Shown: piece by piece, positions 50,961 through 64,000 of the stretch
Layout of the letters: each line of letters opens with the position of its first letter
Numbering within the stretch: position 1 is the stretch's first letter
Notes under the pieces: model-generated
Database searches by the model: none
The model's input: only the letters and a program-made list of their open reading frames with translations
What the model was told of the DNA's origin: nothing
Source of the DNA: the human T2T-CHM13v2.0 reference genome, Homo sapiens
Assembly: GCF_009914755.1 (NCBI RefSeq)
Contig: NC_060930.1
Length of the DNA: 64,000 nt
Strand: one strand, 5' to 3'
Program-made: the position numbers and the translations under genes

Positions 50961-53900
50961 TTGCAGATAGGTAGTTTTATCCACCTGTTTCCTGCCTGTA
51001 GAATTGGGAGTTTTACAGCCTTTTAAAATTTTGTCCTTTCTCCATCCTTTTCAATCCAAGTTGCACTCTTTCTGCTGATATATAATTATCAGGAATCTTG
51101 TGAGTCTCCTGTGTATATCACAGGCACTTACTTATTAGACAAAAGGCTCATCCACTGATTGTTCCTGAATAACCGCATCTATATTCTTTGTTTCTGCTAA
51201 GATATCTGAGATATGTGGCAATTTATGAGTCTAATCTTTTCACAGTGTCTTCTGTGAGAATGAACATTCTGATCTTTTAGTCCTTCTGAGGCACCTAGAA
51301 AAAGTTTCACGCTCTTGACTTTCTCTTCAGAGAACACTTTCCTAACAAGAAATCTCCCAATTTTAGCATGTTTTGCAATCCGGATTGGCTGATGGGTTCT
51401 CAAATCATTAAGTCCAACTTTCTTGTGCTTAACAGTTCTTCTCACAGTCTGTCTCTTTCCTCTCACATTTTACTATATTTGCAGCAAAGAGAAACTGGGT
51501 TGGACTGTCAACGTTTTGCCTGGAAATCTCCTGAACTAAATATACATGCTCATCCACTACAAGTTCTGCTTTCCACATCACTGTAGGAAATAAATCGACT
51601 AATTTTTTTCTGCCACAATATAGCAAGGTTCAAATAACATGTTCTTTATTTTCTTCTCAGACTTCACCAGCAGTGCTTTTAATATTCATATTTTTACCAA
51701 CAGATGGCTTATGATGATTTTATTATTTTCTGGGCTAATACAGGTTTTCTCTACCATACTCCTCACTTCACTCTGAGCCCTCACCAGCAGTGCCTTTAAT
51801 CCACATTATGCTCCAAGCAACCTAGTTTTTCTATCATGTTCCTTAGAATTCTCCTAGCCCATTACCCAGTTTCAAAGCCTTGTCTACGTATTTAAATATT
51901 TGTTACAGCAGTACCCCACTCACAGTGCCAGAACCTGTACCAATTCCCTTTTGCTCTGGCAACAAATTACGACAAACATTGGATTATTAAAAAAAAAACA
52001 GGTTATGATCTGGCTGTTTGTTAGAAATCCAAAATGGGTCAGCAAGGCTACATTTCTTCTGAAGGCTTTAGGAGAGAATGTTTCCTTGTCTTTTTTTAGC
52101 TTCCAGAGGCCACCTGTATTCCCGATCTAGTGATGCCTTCCTCCACCTTCAAAGCTAGAAACATAGCATCTGGGAATCTCTGGCTTTGACTCTGTCTTTC
52201 TATCATGGCATCTCTGTTTCTTTTCTAACTCTAATCTTCCTGTCTCTCTCTTAATCACAAAGGTTCTTATGATTACATGGTACCTATCAGGATAATCCGG
52301 GATGATCTCTTCATCTCAAGATCCTTAACTGAGTCACATCTGCCTTTTACCATATAAGGTAGCATACTCACAGTTTCTGATTAGGATATGGACTTATTTG
52401 AGTGGCCACTATTCTGTATAACATGTGCACCTATTTTTGGGTCATAAATTTCAAGCTGAATCTTACAGGATTTGAATTTTTAAATTAATTTTTTTCCCAC
52501 TTAAATTATTTTTGTTCTAAAGTGCTAAATCCTGAATTGCTTTTGTTTCTTAGTATTTTGCTGGCATCCCTTTTTTTTTCACAGAAAGGCAGGATGCTCT
52601 ATATGCTGGAAGGGCCATATAGTACACTGGGACTGGAGATCAGATACATCTTTTGACACCTCAGCATATCCCAAAGATGTTGTTGTCTCCTAATTTTTTC
52701 TTCAAAATGTATATTTTTACCTTTTATAATGAAAAGTCAAAGTATTTCTCCAGGATAGTGTTAGCTAAACTAAAAGAACTATACAACATGAGACTTTTAT
52801 TAGATATTGAACAAATGAATAGAAATAATGCTTTCCTTAAAAGGTGATATCTGGAATACAATGTTTGAGATGAATAAACCTGAAGGGCAACAAAATCACA
52901 CTAGTTGTCTTTCCTGATAACACACTTGCTTTTATGTTTGAAGCATAATTTTGATAGTTGAGATTTTTAAAACTTTTAAGTACTGCAAGTTAATAGTCAC
53001 ATCCTTTTACTTGGGCCTTAGCATGCACAACTGTTTAAGATGCAGTGAGGTTCTTGCACTTAGTCTAACAACTATATCTGGACATCCCCCCTTTTAAAGT
53101 TACTCTCTGGAAGGATGTTTTTAAACCAAAGCAAGCTCCCCTGCAGCAAGATGAAGTACAATTTTGACAACTTTACACAATTAAATGATCAAGAGGGTGC
53201 TTTAAAATGTCTATAGGGGGAAATCAACTGTGTAAGGCTCTATAGAAAAAAATGTATGTTAAGCCTTTTAGAGATTATGGAATTTGGCACAGGTGAGGAA
53301 GCAGATAGGTAAAGCCAGTGGTTTTTTACACTGTAATCCATGGAGCTCTGGGGATTTTGTGGAAGAGTCTCAGATTGCTGCAAAGAGTAAGAGGGCCAAG
53401 CAGGCAACTCTTCAGCCAGAGTGTTCTGTTTTATTTGATGTATGTGTATGTGTTGGTTCTGAATACCTTTTGTTTTTGAAAAAAGTTTGTAGGTTTTTTG
53501 TTTGTTTGTTCATCTGTTTGCCTTGGCTAAAACAGTTGGACAGGAATTTCATCAAATAAATTGACCTGAATTTAAGTCACTGAGAAGCAAGGCTATGACT
53601 AGATTCTAGTCATTTCTTTCCTTTGCTTACATCCCTTCAATGACTCCTGTTAAGTCCAAAGTAAAATTTATACTCTTTCACCATGGCATGCATGTTCTTA
53701 CCTTCCTGATCCTTGTCTATCTCTTTAGCTTATTTTGTGCTCTGCCATCTTCTTAATGCCCTGAAGATTCTTTCCACATGTTATGTGTTATACCTGGAGT
53801 ATGCATCCTTGCTATCCTGTTACCTGGCAATCTTCATAACCTTATTTTTGCACTTAAGGTTCAAAAGAACATCTTTAGAGTGAATATTACCAGTCATCAC

Positions 53901-54372
53901 TTAACTCACCCCTTAAACTCAAAACTTGTCTCTTCTGCCATTTTGATTAGAGATAGGTGTTATTTTGGAAGCCAAAATAGTAAAGCAATTTTTACTTAAT
54001 TAAGTAATAACACACAAAGTACTTGTCTTTTAGGTTTTTTCTATTTAAACAGGTGTTTACTAGATTATCATGTTCTATGTGGAGCAATATATCTCTAAAC
54101 TTGAAATTCTATTATCTGAGCTTGCAGGTGACACTTTGGGTTCGAAATTTTCTCTGAAATGGTAACAGATAGGTAGCCTATGGTGTACCAGAAATTGTGT
54201 CTCAGTAATAGTTCTCAAATCTTTTTTACTATGGCCCATTTCAATAGGGAACACAATTTGTTAGTTGCTGATCTTCCACGGTCCTATTTTGCAGTGAAAA
54301 ATAACTTGATAATAACAAAGAATTAAAGACACTAGAAAATAACACAAGGCAAAATAATAAAAGAATAATCAG

Positions 54373-54525
54373 AGCCAGCCATGGTAGGGTATGCTTTTAG
54401 TCCCAGCTGCTTGGGAGGCACAGAAGGAAGGATTGCTTCCAGCCTGGGAAACATAGTGAGATCACATCTCTTAAAAAATAAAAAATAAAAACAGAAAAGA
54501 AAAAGAAAAGGAAAAAAAGAAAGAG
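54373..54525 (+). mobile_element. FLAM/AluJ monomer, internally deleted
   Basis: agccagccatggt...tagtcccagctgcttgggagg...ggattgctt^ccagcctgggaaacatagtgaga plus A-rich tail. Confidence 0.75.
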
Positions 54526-54840
54526 CAACCTACCTAGCATTAATCGATAACTGCTAATAATGGAGAAAAACACAAAACACTGACAATCCACTGAGACATA
54601 ACTGTGATACAGGCCATCAGCTTACCTGTAGGTCCATAGTAGACTTTCCTTTTTAGCTTTAGACTGGGACAAAGCACATTGCTTGGGTGTGCTCCCCTTG
54701 GTCTAAATAATTTGGAGGGTCCTACCTCAGCATCTAGATCAAGCCCATGAACTAATCATTTTACATTTTCATATCCAGTGAATAAAATCCAAAGCTATCT
54801 TCTCCCTATTTTACTTCCAAGAAAAATGCTGTATAAACAT

Positions 54841-55169
54841 TGATATGGTTTGGATTTGTGTCCCCACCCAAATCTCGTGTCAAATTGTAAACCCCAATGT
54901 TGCGAGAGGGGCCTGGTAGGAAGTGATTGGATCATGGGGGTGGATTTCTCTGTTGTTGTTCTTGTGATAGTGAGTGAATTCTCATGAGATCTGGTTGTTT
55001 AAAAGTGTGTAGCACCTTCACCTTCTGTCATGATTGTGAGTTTCCTGAAGCCTCCTGAGCCATGCTTTCCATACAGACTGCAGAACTGTGAGCCAATTAA
55101 ACATCTTTTCTTTATAATTTACCCAGTCTCAGGTATTTCTTTATAGCAGTGTGTGAACGGACTGATACA
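54841..55169 (+). mobile_element. MSTA-type MaLR solo LTR
   Basis: tgatatggtttggatttgtgtccccacccaaatctc...gaacggactgataca; 5-bp TSD aacat at 54836-54840 and 55170-55174. Confidence 0.9.
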
Positions 55170-58100
55170 AACATGTAGTATTTTTAGTTAACATGCATAT
55201 ACAACTTATATTGTACAATTTCTAAATAACACATTGCAATATAGTGTGCATAGATCAAACTATTGGGTAGTTTTATTAATAATTTTATTTCCTTAGCATT
55301 AAAAACACAGATATTAAATATATTATGAAGTTTTTCTCACTTTCTTTCATTTTACTTCATTTTTTTATTTTTAAAATAATATAACAACTACTGGATTTTT
55401 GGCTGCTACACATCCTCCAGCTTTATTTTGATTTGCCACAGCCATAATTCACGAGGACAGCATGTAAAATGTTGTTCTGAATGGCGAGAAAGAACAACTT
55501 CTGAATGTGGTTAATAAAACTGGTAAAAATCCTTTGCCAAGAGACCTTCCTCTGAGAAATTGTCTGTTCTTTTTCCTTGCAAATGGCTCCCAAGAATGCC
55601 AATTTTAATGTATGTTAAGACACATCATCAAGAAGATCTAAAGAATAAATCTAATTATTCTATATCAATAATGTCCCAATGCAGAAATTGTCATATCTAA
55701 ATACATGTAGGAAGAAACACATTTTCTTGGCTTCTCTTTTGAAAGACTTTTCAAATAATTAACTTACGTGTATAAAGTAATACAGTTTTGTAAGGGAATG
55801 CTTCAAACATTTAGCTTCTAAGTTAATTTCATGGAGTTTGAAAGATAGCTTATTAGTATAATGTTAAATAAATAATGTATATTTCATAGTAATATGTAGA
55901 GTACTAGGTGTGTATTCAGCAATACTTTACTTGGTGCTATTTAAAGTATTTAGCTTAATTACATTATCAAAGAACATTACCTTTTTATTCTACAGTATTT
56001 CATTTAATATCAGCTGTGAATTAGATAATTTCTGAAAAATTATAAACTAAATTAGAAGTATGTTATAAGCAATTTTTTCTTAGTAAAGGTTTGTGTCCAG
56101 TGAATTAAATTATACCTGAGTTTTTTTTCAGAGATACTTTCTAGAACTCCATACATAAGAAATACTCAAAATAATTAAAGATTGTCTTGATTTTGCTGTA
56201 GACTCTGGAAACTTAGTTCCTCAAAGGTTTTTCTCCAAACATTATAAGAGTTTTGGTATTTGGGGGAAAGAAAAATTTTATTGTATACTATAAGATATGT
56301 TAAGATATTAAAAATGAGTATTATGGCAGATTTTGAGTATAAGTCAGATGCAAAAAAATTAAAATTTAAATGATATAATGATTAAATATGAAACAAAAGC
56401 CAGGTGACTCAAGAAAACTATGCTCTTTTCCTGCTTGTCTTCACAAGTGGCTAGATTAACTTGAAGCAATTCTGCTTCACAGTTAATGATAATCTTAACC
56501 AACAAAGTGTTAGCTCCAATTTGATCAAACTCATACAGATAGAAGCAATCATTTTGTTTTCTGGGTTCAGATTCTGAGCAGAACTTGATCTTGAAGAATA
56601 ATCAGGCAGACACAGGGGACACTTTACTTCCTTCCTCATCTGACCTTACAAAGCAATACGACTTTTTGTTTCATTGGCTATGCCACATTTCAGAATCTAC
56701 CAAAACCGTAACAATAAACTCTTAGAATTTCATATCAGAAGAATAGCAGCTAAGGGTTAATAATGAAAATTTAGGAGGAGATATATGTTAAAATAACAAT
56801 AATAAAAACAATAACAAGATTTTGCACCTTTTTTTACCCATTTCTGTAGCACCCCTTTCAAAGAGATTCCTGTTCAAATGCATTGCCTGTTCAAATGGGC
56901 ATTCTTTGATCATTATAGAAGCTAGGTAATAAATATGGTATGAATAAATAGATTTAAAGTTAGTGTCAGGGAAGTTTCCTGTGCATAAAAACCAGAAAAG
57001 GATGGAAGTGAGCATCAAGATACACAGGTGCTGGCCCAAACCCCGCCACGAAACAGCTGTGTGTCCTAGAGACATTCACATAAATCTTTGGGCCTAAATT
57101 GTTTAAGAAATTCTTTCTGAGTATATCATTTTTGAGATTCTAATTTTTTTAGAAAACAAATTTTATATTTAGCTGGTTATTTGCAATGTACAAACAAATC
57201 AAATTTATAGAAGTTTAGCTTTTTCCCTGCACCAAAAGATTTCTTTGAGGTTAGGATGAAGGTGGGGAGGTGAAATTACTGTAAAACGGTTGACGTGACT
57301 GCCTTTGAAGCAATTTTGCAAATATTTTGATGAAGTTCATAAAAAAATTATAAAACCATTAACAGAGAACTTCAACCATGCATTTTTGAGTTCAAATACC
57401 AAAATATCTGTTTAAAATAAATATATGTGCACATAGTAGAAGTAATGAAGACACAATGTCAAAATTAGTTTTTAATGCTAACCCATTGGATGAAAGCTTG
57501 GAAATTATCCTTGGAAAATTGAAAAATGTTAACTCATTTACTGGAACTGAGAAAAGGCCTATGTACTTGATAATATTTATTTTCAGATAAACAATTGAAT
57601 AGTTGTTTGAGAATTCTTGTGGTATGAAAAGTCCAGAGAATATTGCCAAATTATTAACATTTTCCAAACTCTGTCTTTAATACTTCCATTTTCTGTTGTA
57701 ATTTCTAAATATGATGGCATGAAGAATCATATAACAGAAGGCTAGATATATTATTGCATGCCCCAGAAACCACAAATCTGAGAAGGAACATAGTCCCGAA
57801 CGTACATTATATGGAACTCACAACTTGTTGTTACTAAAATGGGGAATAAGTAAAGCACAAACTTGTCTTTGCTATATATTTTATTTTTTACTATTATTTT
57901 CTTTTTATGAAATTCATCAACAATTGTCAAAAAATGTAAACATCTTACATATGTTTGTCATAGAATGTGAGAGCCTCCTGTAATCACAACTCCTAGAGAA
58001 AATATTTCCTAGCACATTAGCAGGTTCATGTACAGGCCTCCTGAATTTTCCCCTTGCATATATCAACACATACAATACATTACTTGATATTTATATGCTG

Positions 58101-59659
58101 GGCCATCAGAAGAGATGACATAATTATTCTGGATAGCTGCAAAAATCTGAGGAGTGCTTACAATTCACTGTGTATAACAACAAAAACCCAACTAATTGTT
58201 ATCTTTAAAATATTTTAAAATTAATAATATTAATAATAGTTAACATTTACTGGGGACTTACTATTTTATTATGTGCAGTTATTGTGTTAAATGCTTTATA
58301 TGTCTAATCTTTTTTAACTCTTACCATCCCAGATGAGGAGGTACTAATAATTACTTCCTATTTTATTTTGGGAAGATGTAATTTGCACCAGTGTATTTTA
58401 CATCCAAAGTGAAGAATAACATAGTCCATGTAGCTGGAGGACATATGGCAGTCTATCTGGTCTCCTACCAGTCGTGCACTCAGAGTTCAGAGATTCTTTG
58501 CTTCGGGCTCTAGTCCCCTTTTGCAATCTACAGAGCTCATCAATCTTCTGCTTTCCATTTCTTGAAGAATAGATTCAAAATTCCTTGTATGAGCCATCAA
58601 ATCTCTTTGATCTCTTTACAACCAAATTTACTTACTTAAAGCTCAGCTGTTTCCCCATGCTCCAAATAAACCAAACTGCTTTGTAATTTAATGTCCTTCT
58701 CATCTCCTAGTCTTTCTTTCTTATGTATTCTTTACCTGTGCCTCCTTTCTCCACCTATCAAAGACCTATTGACCCTATAGGGACAGCACAATTACTAAGT
58801 CATTTACTAAGCATTCTTCAGTCATCTTTATGGAAATGGGCTCTTCTTCCTTCTATAGCATTTTTGTTTGACTCTCCTGTGATACTTGTCACATATTACC
58901 TTATTTTAGGATAATTTGCACACACATTATAGACTAGATTTAAGCTCTTTGGCATCTCATCTCAAAGATCATCTGTTAGTCTCTACATAATAAATACTTG
59001 ATAAAAGCTTGTTGAATTCCATTGCCTGCCCATATTTTGAAGAACGTGTTAGCACCAATGGGTCTGAAGTAAAGAGGAATAATCTTGTATAATAGTTTAC
59101 TTTGTGACATATGAGGAAAATGGAATAGAAGAGGAGGTGAAGATGGGATAACTGCAGAGAAATGATTCTTCTAGAAATTTATGACTGTGAGCTAAACTGT
59201 ATTGACCTGAGAGATAACTATCAAGAAGAATATAACGTGGGGAAAATCATACCATCTCATGTTTCTTCTGATTTTTAATTCAGCTACTAGTAGCCATACA
59301 AAATACCTCAGATTTTCTTCTTTGGAGTAGGGGGTGGGGTAGGAGGCCATACACTGGGTCCTCTGCTTGGACTGTTACTCCACTGTGGAGCTTATCAAAG
59401 CAATGCTTTGGGGAAGGCAATCCTCAACATCATCCAAAGCTGTGGGACTCTCATGGCCTAAACCCTGAGCAGATCTCTTTGAGCAGGCACCACTCCTGTC
59501 AGTGCATACATGTAGATAGCTCTGTGGTGTTGGTCAGCCCAGGAGATCTCCACCAGGGCTGGTCCTGCTACCTGCGACTTCATAAATTCAGAGCTATATT
59601 GCCTCCTACCCTTCCCATTAAACTTTCCCCTAGGCTGGGATAAATGTATTTTTAAAAAA

Positions 59660-60992
<1,333 letters not shown>

Positions 60993-61022
60993 TAAATTGA
61001 GAGATTTCATATAAAAATATGA

Positions 61023-63784
<2,762 letters not shown>

Positions 63785-64000
63785 GAAAAAATTAACAATA
63801 GATTGCATCAAAAGCATTGAATATTCCCTCAAATTTGCAACTGAGTAGCATCTGCCCTTTTCTCCTGGCTTGCCCAGTCACACTAACCCCACCCAGATGA
63901 CATCACTCATGTTTTATCTATATTCATTACCCATCTAGTCTCTGGAAACATCTGAGATTTTGTCTCCTGCTTAATGTAAGCCTCAAAGGATCATGTAAAC

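Larger units (their letters stand above)
49605..52422 (-). mobile_element. MaLR provirus remnant: LTR stub, MLT1/MST-type internal region (~49650-51935), MLT1D/E-like LTR (~51935-52422)
   Basis: Internal hallmarks cccaaggtcccccaaaatctcaa, aatgggacagggataggt...gacattcc, cagcagtaccccactc; LTR ggataatccgggatgatctct.catctcaagatccttaac. Confidence 0.7.

Noticed and set aside
50504-51026. Lys/Glu/Arg-rich and Ser/Phe/Leu-rich ORFs
   Set aside because: Artefacts of the stop-free CT-rich tract fused to the L1 ORF2 end.
57392-57667. 91-aa ORF with an open antisense frame, and nearby exon-like stretches (55442-55508, 56650-56696)
   Set aside because: No recognisable protein similarity, weak splice sites and AT-rich composition.

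Overview
AT-rich, CpG-depleted primate (hominid-type) genomic DNA that looks intergenic or deep intronic. I can support no host protein-coding gene, RNA gene or CRISPR array. Roughly 20 kb (about 30%) is primate L1PA/L1PB LINE-1. This comprises two 5'-intact minus-strand L1PA4/5-age copies (1-4843, which runs off the window, and 33958-39990, full length with an 18-bp TSD), a twin-primed L1PA2 (25601-26720) and several 5'-truncated copies. There are also six Alu/FLAM elements, MaLR and MER4 LTRs, Tigger3b, hAT MITEs, and old L1M/L2/MIR fragments. All long ORFs are disrupted L1 ORF1/ORF2/ORF0 or shadow ORFs of repeats. The most interesting signals concern retrotransposon and repair mechanics: (i) the two long L1s share many private variants, including an ORF1 frameshift, but have different flanks; (ii) one target site is triplicated because an L1PA2 inserted at the same nick as an earlier AluY; (iii) a four-layer MIR>MaLR>MER4>Alu nest keeps all its TSDs; (iv) there are two micro template-switch scars; (v) the two L1 5'UTRs have decayed in complementary ways (YY1, SOX sites, ORF0). 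I did not find evidence for a wholly new biological system. Subfamily names are from recalled consensus features and need RepeatMasker/Dfam confirmation.
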